Assembly: GCA_902490565.1 (NCBI GenBank)
Contig: CABUEK010000004.1
Coordinates: forward strand, 18,156 to 82,155
Source: an uncultured Collinsella sp.
GTDB taxonomy: Bacteria > Actinomycetota > Coriobacteriia > Coriobacteriales > Coriobacteriaceae
Direction: 5' to 3'
Length of the DNA: 64,000 nt
This document shows, one piece after another, positions 7,852 to 16,898 of this stretch; position 1 is the stretch's first letter; each line of letters begins with the position of its first letter. The notes beneath the pieces were generated by a model. It saw only the letters and a program-made list of their open reading frames with translations, ran no database searches and was not told the DNA's origin. The position numbers were made by a program, and so were the translations under genes.

Positions 7852-8877
7852 ATGAAACAGTACACGGTTGCTATTTTGGGCGCGACGGGAGCCGTGGGCA
7901 CCCAGATGCTCGAGTGCCTCAACGAGCAGGAGTTCCCGGTCGGCAAGCTCAAGCTGTTGGCAAGCGCACGCTCCGCGGGCAAGACCGTCGAGTTCCGCGG
8001 CGAGCAAATCGTGATCGAAGAGGCTTGCCCCGAGGCCTTTGAGGGCTGTGACATTGTGCTTGGCGCTGCCGGCGACGATATCGCCAAGGAATTGCTGCCC
8101 GAGGCCGTAAAGCGCGGCGCCGTCGTGGTCGACAACAGCCATGCCTTCCGCATGGATCCCGAGGTGCCGCTGGTCGTGCCCGAGATCAATGCCGACGACA
8201 TCAAGTGGCATCACGGCCTTATCGCCAACCCCAACTGCGCGACCATCATCGGCCTGGTTCCCACGTGGCCGCTGCATCAGCTTGCCGGCGTGAAGCGCAT
8301 GATCGTCTCGACGTATCAGGCGGCTTCTGGTGCCGGTGCTCCCGGTATGGCCGAGCTCGAAGCGCAGCTTGCTGCCCTGGGCCGTGGCGAGGAGATTCCC
8401 GAGCCGCGCGCATTTGCCGCCCAGCTGGCGAGCAACCTGATTCCGCAGATTGGCGGCGTCAAGGAGGAGGGCTTTACCTCTGAGGAGATGAAGCTACAAA
8501 ACGAGGGCCGTAAGATCATGCACCTGCCCGAGCTGCGCGTGAACTGCACCTGCGTGCGCGTGCCTGTGCTGCGCTCGCACTCCGAGAGCATTACGCTCGA
8601 GTTCGAGCGTGACATTACGGTTGACGAGGCCCGTGTTGCGCTGGCTGCCGCTCCGGGCGTGAAGCTGGTTGACGACATGAGCGCCGAGGATGCGCACGAC
8701 CGCTTCCCCATGCCGATGGATACGTCCGATCAGGACCTGATTTGGGTCGGTCGCGTGCGCCGCGACATCTCGAACCCGGAGGCCGCGCGTGGCATTACCT
8801 TCTGGTGCTGCGGTGACCAAATCCGTAAGGGCGCGGCAACTAACGCCGTCCAGATTGCTAAGCTGCTCTGCGAGTAG
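7852..8877 (+). CDS. asd: aspartate-semialdehyde dehydrogenase
   Basis: MKQYTVAILGATGAVG Rossmann N-terminus and NPNCATI active-site Cys motif. GGGGGAAG RBS. Confidence 0.9.
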   Translation: MKQYTVAILGATGAVGTQMLECLNEQEFPVGKLKLLASARSAGKTVEFRGEQIVIEEACPEAFEGCDIVLGAAGDDIAKELLPEAVKRGAVVVDNSHAFRMDPEVPLVVPEINADDIKWHHGLIANPNCATIIGLVPTWPLHQLAGVKRMIVSTYQAASGAGAPGMAELEAQLAALGRGEEIPEPRAFAAQLASNLIPQIGGVKEEGFTSEEMKLQNEGRKIMHLPELRVNCTCVRVPVLRSHSESITLEFERDITVDEARVALAAAPGVKLVDDMSAEDAHDRFPMPMDTSDQDLIWVGRVRRDISNPEAARGITFWCCGDQIRKGAATNAVQIAKLLCE

Positions 8878-8889
8878 TGTGACCTGTCC

Positions 8890-9017
8890 GGCGGGGGCCG
8901 GGCTAGTTTTCAGAACGTCCTCGACCATGTGTGGCGCCTTGTCCTGCTCCTTCGGAGCCGCGGACAAGGCGCCACACTGGTCTGCGGAGTGTTCTGAAAA
9001 CTAGCCCGGCCCCCGCC
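8890..9017 (+). repeat. family-A composite palindromic element, copy 3 (after asd)
   Basis: 27-bp perfect outer stem, 16-bp perfect inner stem, and linkers GTCCTCGACCAT / TGGTCTGCGGAG matching the reverse complements of the copy-1 linkers. Confidence 0.75.
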
Positions 9018-9225
9018 TGCGGTGACGCTGCTGCAAGCGGCCTGCGATGGGGCCGTTGTTGGTTGGGGCCGCTGAGCTGATATGGGGGCGCGTGGCTGTT
9101 GCGGGCCCTGGTCCCGGCGGCGGCCTCGGCGCTGCGCGCCTGCTGCCTTGGGTGACTTTGGGGTCGATTGGGGTTGTCTGCACAATTCGCGGTATTATGT
9201 TGCGGAGTTTTGAAAGGAGCCGCTG

Positions 9226-9804
9226 GTGGTCACGACGACGTTTGCTTCGCCTTTGGGCGAAATCTTGCTTGCCGCTGATGGCCGCGGTCTGACGGGGCTT
9301 TGGTTTGAGGGACAGGAGCATTTTGGCTCCACGCTTCTCAAAGAAGATCCTGAACATGTTGAAGGCGCCGATGCAGTTTCTGGTGCTGGCGGCATGTCGT
9401 CGGTGAGTCCTGCAAATGGTGCGGCTTCTTCGGTGCTTGAGCGTTCGTGGGCTTGGCTGAATGCTTATTTTGCAGGGCAGGAACCTCGGTTTACGCCGCC
9501 GTTGCATTTGATTGGCACGGCGTTTCAGCGTGAAGTTTGGTACGAGCTGCTTTCTATTCCGCGTGGCGAGGTCGCTACGTATGGCGAGATCGCCCAGCGT
9601 GTTGCGGCTCGACATCGTGTGCCGGGAAATGAGACACCCGTTGTGTCTCCCCGTGCCGTGGGGGCCGCGGTCGCTCGCAACCCTGTTTCGATTATTGTGC
9701 CATGCCATCGCGTGGTGGCGGCCGACGGCTCGCTTAACGGATATGCCGGCGGGCTTGATCGCAAGGAGTGGCTGCTTCGGCTTGAGGGCGCGTACGAGGA
9801 GTAA
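9226..9804 (+). CDS. ogt: methylated-DNA--protein-cysteine methyltransferase
   Basis: IIVPCHRVV active site and YGEIA motif. GTG start with an AAAGGAG RBS. Confidence 0.85.
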   Translation: MVTTTFASPLGEILLAADGRGLTGLWFEGQEHFGSTLLKEDPEHVEGADAVSGAGGMSSVSPANGAASSVLERSWAWLNAYFAGQEPRFTPPLHLIGTAFQREVWYELLSIPRGEVATYGEIAQRVAARHRVPGNETPVVSPRAVGAAVARNPVSIIVPCHRVVAADGSLNGYAGGLDRKEWLLRLEGAYEE

Positions 9805-9840
9805 CACTCGAGCGCTTTGCATAGCCAAGATGCCGTGAAA

Positions 9841-9990
9841 GAACGGGACATGCTTTCCGAATGGAGGCTCAGACGGAAACTACGTCCCGGAATTCCGTTT
9901 TAAAGCGGGATGCGCTTTCCGAATGGCGTTCCAAGCGGAAACCGTGTCCCGGAATACAGCCTCAGAGTGGGACACCGTTTCCGGCTGAGA
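9841..9990 (+). repeat. 62-bp-period tandem hairpin repeat (2.5 units)
   Basis: GGGA(C/T)(A/G)NNC(T/G)TTTCCG at 9845, 9907 and 9969. The first two are paired with CGGAAACNNNGTCCC at 9874 and 9936. Confidence 0.65.
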
Positions 9991-10010
9991 CCACCTGCCT
10001 GGACATCGAT

Positions 10011-10205
10011 CTACGCCCGCTCCTGCAGGGCGTAGATGGACTTATCCATGTTGAACAGGTAAGCCACAACGCAGACAATAATGAACATCGGCAAGTTACC
10101 AAAGCCGAAGACTTCGCAGCCAATAAGGATGGGTGCGAGCAGCGTATTGGTGGCGCTGCCAAAGACGGCTGCGTAGCCCAGTGCGGCGCAGAGCTCGACG
10201 GGCAT
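10011..10205 (-). pseudogene. C-terminal remnant of a ClC-type chloride channel
   Basis: ELCAALGYAAVFGSATNTLLAPILIGCEVFG...FIIVCVVAYLF resembles the last helices of ClC proteins. There is no upstream body. Confidence 0.55.
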
Positions 10206-10230
10206 GCCGAGTTGAGCCTCGTTATGGCGA

Positions 10231-10585
10231 CATCTGGGTAACAGAAAGGCCCGCGTTCCTCAGAGGCAAGATAGGCAATTCTGCTTCTGAGGTAGATCTC
10301 AATTCTGCCGACCGCACTGCCGACCGCATCAAACATTAACTGCCGGAGGGCTCGGTCAAATTCATACGTGTAGATGATGGTTTCGAATGTTGTGCCTTCG
10401 CGAAAGATGGTAATCCCGGACTTGCATTTGGTTTTGTAGGGAAACCAGTAGGCCGACAGTCTGTAGTGGTTGGCTTCGACCAAGGCTCGCTCGAGTTCGC
10501 TTTGATCAGAGCACTTAAGACCCTTGTTTTCTGTCAATAGTGCTATTTGTTCGTTGATGGATATCCGCGACTTCTGGTATTTCAT
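10231..10585 (-). pseudogene. N-terminal remnant of an Abi (AbiD/F, Abi_2-like) abortive-infection protein
   Basis: HYRLSAYWFPYK...IIYTYEFDRALRQLMFDAVGSAVGRIEIYLRSRIAY resembles the Abi_2 N-terminal half. The reading frame then runs out of frame into the ClC remnant. AT-rich. Confidence 0.55.
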
Positions 10586-10755
10586 TAAGCCTCTTGATAG
10601 AAAAAGAGCTGGAGTTGCGCATCGTTGAGAGGCTTTCCAGCTTTAGCAAAACAAACTTATAAGATGCGACGGGCCGCGTCAAGATAATTACCGGACGGCC
10701 TAGGAGGCGGCTGGTTGGCTGGCTTAAAACCCAGCGCGTGAAATGACGCTCCACG

Positions 10756-11394
10756 CTATTCAGCGCGCTTGATAGGATGACGAACCACAGTCTTAAGTTT
10801 CTCCGGCGCACACTTGCGTGGATCGGAAAGATAGATTTCGTGATGTAAACGGGTGTCTGAGAAGTCGGGGACATAGCCCTGCTCGGTCGCATATTCATGC
10901 ATGGCGTCTACGGTTGCCGGCTCGCTGTCGTAGGGTCCGGTATGCATGCATTGAACGCAGAGACCCTCGTCAACTTTAAGCAGCTCGACGGCAGAAAAGT
11001 CCAGTTTCTTTTTGGCCGTGGCTTCCGCGACCGCCCAGTCAAAGTCATCCTGAGTGACGAAATCGGGCAGGCGGATGCACGAGATAAAGTTGAAATCGTC
11101 CTTGCGTACATAATCGATGTCGCCGCTCGGGGAGTCTTGCCACCAGAAGCCCTCGAGCGGCGGTACCACAAAGTCGAAATAGCCCTCGATACTCCTTGAG
11201 CCTTTCTTTGACATCTTGACGGTATAGGCGATGCCGTAAAGCAGCGGCAGGGCATTTTGATACTCGCCACCTTCGGTATTTGGGTCGCCCTTTCCGCGAA
11301 CGGCAACGTAGCTCATAGGCGGGACAGTTACGATACTCGGCTTGCTCGCAGGTCTGTAGAGCTCCTTGCATTCCTTCTTAAAGTCGAACGCCAT
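10756..11394 (-). CDS. GyrI-like small-molecule-binding domain protein
   Basis: FKKECKELYRP...VTVPPMSYVAVRGKGDPN...HHEIYLSDPRK pattern of the GyrI-like family. Confidence 0.7.
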   Translation of the reverse strand: MAFDFKKECKELYRPASKPSIVTVPPMSYVAVRGKGDPNTEGGEYQNALPLLYGIAYTVKMSKKGSRSIEGYFDFVVPPLEGFWWQDSPSGDIDYVRKDDFNFISCIRLPDFVTQDDFDWAVAEATAKKKLDFSAVELLKVDEGLCVQCMHTGPYDSEPATVDAMHEYATEQGYVPDFSDTRLHHEIYLSDPRKCAPEKLKTVVRHPIKRAE

Positions 11395-11560
11395 GTTGGC
11401 CGCCTTTCTGCGTATTGGCCTGCTTAGATAGCTGAATCATATCATAGAAACGAACAGCTGTTCGAATGATTTGGCTGACAGATTGAGATGCGTGCGTTGT
11501 GTTTGGCGGTCGGCCTGACCCCATCGATGATTTCTCTGCCTCCCCGGCGCCTCATCTATA

Positions 11561-11619
11561 GCTGCCGTTTCCCCATATAGAACCTGCCAAAATAAACCCG
11601 TCCCTTTTTAGTCGGTGCG
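11561..11619 (-). repeat. GGGAC(A/G)GG-loop element, C-type copy 1 (inverted orientation)
   Basis: The reverse complement reads AAAAAGGGACGGGTTTATTTTGGCAGGTTCTATATGGGGAAAC. It aligns with 19812-19877 and 21024-21082. Confidence 0.65.
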
Positions 11620-11665
11620 AAATGGGTAATACTAAAGAGTTATCCGACCAGATGGGAACCGATCG

Positions 11666-12367
11666 ATGGCTTATATCGAATTCAAAGACGTCATCAAGGC
11701 ATACGGCGAGGGCGACGCCCGCATTCACGCACTCGACGGCGCGAGCTTTACGGTCGAGCGCGGCGAGCTCGCCATCATTTTGGGTGCTTCGGGTGCCGGC
11801 AAGACCACGGCGCTCAACATTCTGGGCGGCATGGATACGGCGACTTCCGGCACCGTGACGGTGGACGGGCGCGATGTGAGCTCCGCTAACGAGGCGCAGC
11901 TCGTGGAATACCGCCGCGCCGACGTCGGCTTTGTCTTCCAGTTCTACAATCTGGTCCCCAACCTGACGGCGCTCGAAAATGTTGAGCTTGCGGCGCAAAT
12001 CTGCCCTGATTCGCTCGATGCCGAGCAAACGCTTTGCCAGGTTGGCTTGGGTGAGCGCCTCGCCAACTTCCCCGCGCAGCTTTCGGGCGGCGAGCAGCAG
12101 CGCGTGTCCATTGCCCGCGCACTGGCAAAGAACCCCAAGCTGCTTTTGTGCGACGAGCCCACGGGCGCACTTGACTATAAAACCGGCAAGCAGATCTTGC
12201 AGCTGCTGCAGGACACTTGCCGCAAGCAGGGCATTACGGTCATCATCATCACCCACAACTCCGCGCTGGCGCCCATGGCCGATCGCCTGATCCGCTTTAA
12301 GAACGGTCGCGTGGAGAGCGAGACGGTCCAGCAAAATCCCGTGCCTATCGAGACGATCGAGTGGTAG
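11666..12367 (+). CDS. ABC transporter ATP-binding protein (MacB/LolD-like)
   Basis: GASGAGKTT Walker [16 protein letters not shown] signature and [12 protein letters not shown] Walker B. Confidence 0.9.
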   Translation: MAYIEFKDVIKAYGEGDARIHALDGASFTVERGELAIILGASGAGKTTALNILGGMDTATSGTVTVDGRDVSSANEAQLVEYRRADVGFVFQFYNLVPNLTALENVELAAQICPDSLDAEQTLCQVGLGERLANFPAQLSGGEQQRVSIARALAKNPKLLLCDEPTGALDYKTGKQILQLLQDTCRKQGITVIIITHNSALAPMADRLIRFKNGRVESETVQQNPVPIETIEW

Positions 12368-12372
12368 CGCCC

Positions 12373-15138
12373 ATGGACCAAGACCGCCAAAACAGCCTAC
12401 GCCGCGACGCGCAGAACACGGAGCGCGAGCAGGATTTTACGACCTACCGCACTGCCCAAAGCTCAAACGATATGGTGCCGACGGTTTTTCGCCGTGGCAT
12501 CTACCGCACAATCCGAGGCAGTCTTAAGCGCTTTTTGTCAATCGTGGTCATCACCGCGCTTGGCGTGAGCGTGATGTGCGGCCTTAAGGCGGGTTGCGAG
12601 GACCTGTGTGATTCGGTTGATGCCTACTTCGACCAGCAAAATGTCTATGACATTAACGTGCAGTCGACCTATGGCCTGACTGACGATGATCTCGACGCCA
12701 TACAAGAGGTCGATGGCGTCGAAACGGCCGAGGGCATCTACACCGAGACCGCCTACACCGCCGTGGGCACAACGCGCGAGCGCGTGGTCGTGCAGAGTCT
12801 CTCCAAGGAGAACATCGATCAGCCGGTGCTCGTGAACGGCGATTTGCCCGAGAGCGCCGATGAAGTCGCGGTGACTTCGAAGTTCCTGAAGGCATCGGGC
12901 AAGAAAATCGGCGATACGGTGAGTTTTGCCGCCAATGACGCGAGCTCGTCCAATCAAAGCGCCAAGGACCAGTTTGCCGCGGGCGATTACACCATTACGG
13001 CTGAGGTCCTCGACCCCACTGATGTAAGTTCTGACTCGACAGTCAACGCCTTTCGCGCTGCTTCGGCGGCGGACTATAAGTTCTATGTGAGCGAGGACGC
13101 CGCGACATCTTCTTCCTACTCCGCGGTCCACGTGATCGTCGAGGGAGCCAAGAGCCTCAACTCCTATTCGGATTCCTACGCGGCAAAGATCAATGAGGTC
13201 AAGGGCAATATCGAGAAGATCCGCGAGGAGCGTGAGAAGGCGCGCGCCCAGGAGCTGACGGTCGACACGCCGGCAAGCTTGGATGCGGCCGAGCGCCAGG
13301 CGAATATGCTCTTTGGGATTGAGCAGGACAACATCAATCGCATGGCCGAGGGCAGCGACGAGCGTGCGCAGGCGCAAGCCGACCTGGACCAGCGCCGTGC
13401 CGCCGCCGACCAGCAGTTTGCCGATGCCCGCGCCGAGCTTTCCGATCTGGGCGAATGCACCTGGTACATCCAGGACCGCGGCAATATCGCAAGCTACTCG
13501 AGCGTGGAGAGCGATAGCTCGTCAATTGAGGCTATCGCCACGGTGTTCCCGTTCATCTTCTTTATCGTCGCCGTGCTCATCAGCCTTACCACCGCCACGC
13601 GTATGGTCGAGGAGGAGCGCACGCTCATCGGCCTGTATAAGGCGCTCGGCTATTCGCGCGGGCGCATCCTGTCCAAATACGTGGACTATGCGCTGTGGGC
13701 TTGTCTGATCGGCGGCGTGCTCGGCAACATCATCGGATTTGTGGGCCTGCCGCTGTTCCTGTTTACGGTGTTCGACGACATGTACTCACTGCCCCAGATG
13801 CTACTTTCGTACGACATCGTGTCCTCGATCGTTTCGGTGGCGCTGTTTGCCGTGGGCGTGGTGGGCGCCACGATTATCGCCTGCCGCCACGAGATGGCCG
13901 AGACCCCGGCCTCGCTTATGCGTCCCAAGGCCCCGCGCGCTGGCTCGCGCATCTTGCTTGAGCGCATCGGCTTTATCTGGCGTCGCATGGGCTTTTTGAA
14001 CAAGGTGGCGGCGCGTAACCTGTTCCGCTACAAAAAGCGTGCCTTTATGACCATCTTCGGTATTGCCGGCTGTACGGCGCTCGTGATCTGCGGTATGGGC
14101 ATCCGCGACACGTCGGTGGCGCTTTCGCCCAAGCAGTACGGCCACATCACACGCTACGACCTGCTGGCGGTTGCCAATCCCGACGATTTTTCGCAGACGT
14201 GCGCGGCGCTCGACGACCGAAGCGCGGTCAAGGATTCCGGTGTGACCGTAACTTCGACGCTGCCGATCATGACCGACAACGTCACCTTTACATTCGGCGG
14301 AAAGAGCGAGACCGTGCAGCTGATCGTGGTGCCCGATGACCGCACGAACGATCTGGACGACTATGTTCGCCTTGAGGATGAGTCCAAAGAGCCACTGTCT
14401 TTGCGTGACGGAGACGTGTATCTGAGTAAGAGTTCACAGCTGGTGCTGGGGATTCAACCGGGCGATACGGCGCACGTCCAGGATTCGTCACTCAACGTCG
14501 CCAAGGTCAAGGTCAGCGACATTTCGCTTAACTATCTGGGCAACACGCTTTACATGACGCAGAGCACCTATGAGCGCGCGTTTGGGCGCAGCGTTCGCCT
14601 CAATGGCATCTTTGCGCTGCTCAAGGGTTCGTCGGCCGACCAGATTGCGTTTAGCAAGAAGCTTAAGAGTGACGGCTGGCTTTCGATTTCGAGCACGGCC
14701 GAGCATTGGGAGAACTTTGAGGCGAACTTCACTATTATCAATTCCGTCGTGGTGCTCGTGACCTTTATGGCGGCGTGCCTGTCGTTTGTGGTGGTGTTTA
14801 CGCTGTCCAACACGAATATCTCCGAGCGCGAGCGCGAGCTGGCGACCATCAAGGTGCTTGGTTTCCGCCGTGGCGAGGTGCACCATTACGTCAACAAGGA
14901 GACGTTGATCCTCACGGCAATTGGCGCCGCGCTGGGCGTGCCACTGGGCGGCTTGCTGGCCGAGAGTTTTACGTACATTTTGCAGATGCCGTCGCTGTAC
15001 TTTGATGTTGAGGTCGAGCCGCTAAGCTACGTGCTCGCCGTGGTGCTTTCCTTTGGCTTTACGTTTATCGTCAACCTCGCCACCAATCGTACCCTCAACA
15101 AGATCGACATGGTCGGCGCCCTCAAAAGCGCCGAGTAA
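12373..15138 (+). CDS. ABC transporter permease with two FtsX domains and a long extracytoplasmic/coiled-coil insert
   Basis: Two FtsX-like TM modules (KALGYSR... and LATIKVLGFRRGEV). Alternative GTG 12361 overlaps the upstream stop. Confidence 0.85.
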   Translation: MDQDRQNSLRRDAQNTEREQDFTTYRTAQSSNDMVPTVFRRGIYRTIRGSLKRFLSIVVITALGVSVMCGLKAGCEDLCDSVDAYFDQQNVYDINVQSTYGLTDDDLDAIQEVDGVETAEGIYTETAYTAVGTTRERVVVQSLSKENIDQPVLVNGDLPESADEVAVTSKFLKASGKKIGDTVSFAANDASSSNQSAKDQFAAGDYTITAEVLDPTDVSSDSTVNAFRAASAADYKFYVSEDAATSSSYSAVHVIVEGAKSLNSYSDSYAAKINEVKGNIEKIREEREKARAQELTVDTPASLDAAERQANMLFGIEQDNINRMAEGSDERAQAQADLDQRRAAADQQFADARAELSDLGECTWYIQDRGNIASYSSVESDSSSIEAIATVFPFIFFIVAVLISLTTATRMVEEERTLIGLYKALGYSRGRILSKYVDYALWACLIGGVLGNIIGFVGLPLFLFTVFDDMYSLPQMLLSYDIVSSIVSVALFAVGVVGATIIACRHEMAETPASLMRPKAPRAGSRILLERIGFIWRRMGFLNKVAARNLFRYKKRAFMTIFGIAGCTALVICGMGIRDTSVALSPKQYGHITRYDLLAVANPDDFSQTCAALDDRSAVKDSGVTVTSTLPIMTDNVTFTFGGKSETVQLIVVPDDRTNDLDDYVRLEDESKEPLSLRDGDVYLSKSSQLVLGIQPGDTAHVQDSSLNVAKVKVSDISLNYLGNTLYMTQSTYERAFGRSVRLNGIFALLKGSSADQIAFSKKLKSDGWLSISSTAEHWENFEANFTIINSVVVLVTFMAACLSFVVVFTLSNTNISERERELATIKVLGFRRGEVHHYVNKETLILTAIGAALGVPLGGLLAESFTYILQMPSLYFDVEVEPLSYVLAVVLSFGFTFIVNLATNRTLNKIDMVGALKSAE

Positions 15139-15199
15139 CCTGCCCTGGGATTCAAGTTCTAGCGAGCTGCCGACGCGCCCGCAGCAGCATTTTTGCATA

Positions 15200-15243
15200 A
15201 ACCGCCCCGCCAAATGCATACTTTGACGGGGCGGTTGCTTTTT
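15200..15243 (+). terminator. rho-independent terminator of the ABC exporter operon
   Basis: AACCGCCCCG / CGGGGCGGTT stem followed by GCTTTTT. Confidence 0.8.
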
Positions 15244-15535
15244 GCCCACAGGTACCCCAGGGGGCGCCGTGCAAATTCCGGAGTATTCAGCGTCCCGGGG
15301 TCCGCGGGCGCGGGGGCGGGGGTGCAAAACTGCGCTGAAAGCCCCGATTCTGAGTCCCAACGCCTCTAGAGCCGCTCGTTTTTTTACAGGATGCGGCCCA
15401 TGGTGCCTGCCTTTCGCCCAAAATCCAGTATGCAGGCACCCTCGGCTGCTGAATACTCCCAAAAATGCACGCCGCATCCTACCCCAGGCACCCGCAGCAA
15501 GAAGACGAATAGTCTCGGCCTCCCCAGTCACCGCA

Positions 15536-15656
15536 GGAGGCCCTAGGGCTTACCTCCCAAATCTTTCCGCAGGACGGAAGGATCCCGCCGCGCGAAGCGC
15601 ACGGCGGGATCCTGACATGTCCGAGGACGATTTGGGAGGCAAGCCCTGGGGTCTCC
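15536..15656 (-). repeat. family-A composite palindromic element, copy 2 (after pfkA)
   Basis: Linkers TTTCCGCAGGAC and ATGTCCGAGGAC are identical to copy 1. Outer and inner stems differ in sequence but stay complementary. Confidence 0.75.
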
Positions 15657-15679
15657 GATGAGAGCAGTTTCGGCCGAGG

Positions 15680-16759
15680 CTATTCGTCGCCGAAGCTGAT
15701 GCCCAGCGCCTTGGCCTCGCGCACTAGATCGCTCTGGGGGTCGACGTACTTGAGCTTGCCGGCGACCTCCTCGAGCGGCATGTGGCACATCTTGCCGTCA
15801 CGCAGGGCAATCATGTAGCCAAACTCGCCGCGCAGGCAGCCGAGCGCTGCCTCGACGCCGCACTGGGTCGCAAAGATGCGGTCCTGAGCGTCGGGCTGAC
15901 CGCCGCGCTGCGTGTGGCCGGGGATGGCGACGCGGGTCTCGCGACCGGTCTTGGCCTCGATCTCCTTGGCGATGTCGTACACGATCGAAGGGCTCGTACG
16001 CTCGGCGAGTTTCTTCTTGTACTCCTTCTTGGACAGCGCCGCGTCCTCCTTGGAGATAGCGCCCTCGGCGACGGCCACGATGGTAAAGCGGCTGCCGGTT
16101 TCCATGCGATGTTCAATGGTCTTGATGACGTTATCCATGTCGTAGGGAATCTCGGGAATCAAGATGACATCCGCGCCGCCCGCGACGCCGGCGTACAGCG
16201 GGATCCAGCCAACCTTGTGGCCCATGATCTCGATGACAAACACGCGGCCGTGACTCGAGGCAGTGGTGTGGATGTCGTCGATGCACTTGGTGGCGACGTC
16301 GATGGCGCTCGTAAAGCCAAACGTCAGCTCGGTGCCCCAGGTGTCGTTATCGATGGTCTTGGGCAGGGCGATAACGTTGAGGCCCTCTTCGCGCAGGCGG
16401 TTGGCGGTCTTGGTGGAGCCGTTACCGCCCAGCATAAACAGGCAGTCGAGCTGCAGCTTATGATAGGTGTGGACCATCGCCGGCACCTTCTCGACACCAT
16501 CGGCCTCGGGGGTATCCAGACGCTTGAACGGTGTGCGGCTCGTGCCCAGGATGGTGCCGCCGCGGGTGAGGATACCGCTAAAATCGGCGGGCGTCATGAC
16601 GCGGAACCTGCTGTAGATAAGGCCCTGGTAGCCGTCCTCAAAACCATAGATCTCGATAGGTTCTTTGCTATTGGTCATAAGCGTTTTGACGATGCCGCGC
16701 ATGGTGGCGTTGAGCGCTTGGCAGTCGCCGCCACTGGTAAGAAGACCGATCCTAAGCAT
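15680..16759 (-). CDS. pfkA: 6-phosphofructokinase
   Basis: MLRIGLLTSGGDCQALN, MLGGNGS and PKTIDND PFK motifs. Confidence 0.9.
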   Translation of the reverse strand: MLRIGLLTSGGDCQALNATMRGIVKTLMTNSKEPIEIYGFEDGYQGLIYSRFRVMTPADFSGILTRGGTILGTSRTPFKRLDTPEADGVEKVPAMVHTYHKLQLDCLFMLGGNGSTKTANRLREEGLNVIALPKTIDNDTWGTELTFGFTSAIDVATKCIDDIHTTASSHGRVFVIEIMGHKVGWIPLYAGVAGGADVILIPEIPYDMDNVIKTIEHRMETGSRFTIVAVAEGAISKEDAALSKKEYKKKLAERTSPSIVYDIAKEIEAKTGRETRVAIPGHTQRGGQPDAQDRIFATQCGVEAALGCLRGEFGYMIALRDGKMCHMPLEEVAGKLKYVDPQSDLVREAKALGISFGDE

Positions 16760-16898
16760 GATGAATCCTTCCGGGCAAGTTATAACATGCGCATAAGTTT
16801 ACCCCCGCACACTGTTGATACGGGGGTAAAACGTGTTAGCTCAAGCGTATGGAAATGTAAGCAACGTCAGGGAACGTAAGGTCGACGGGCCTGGCTCC

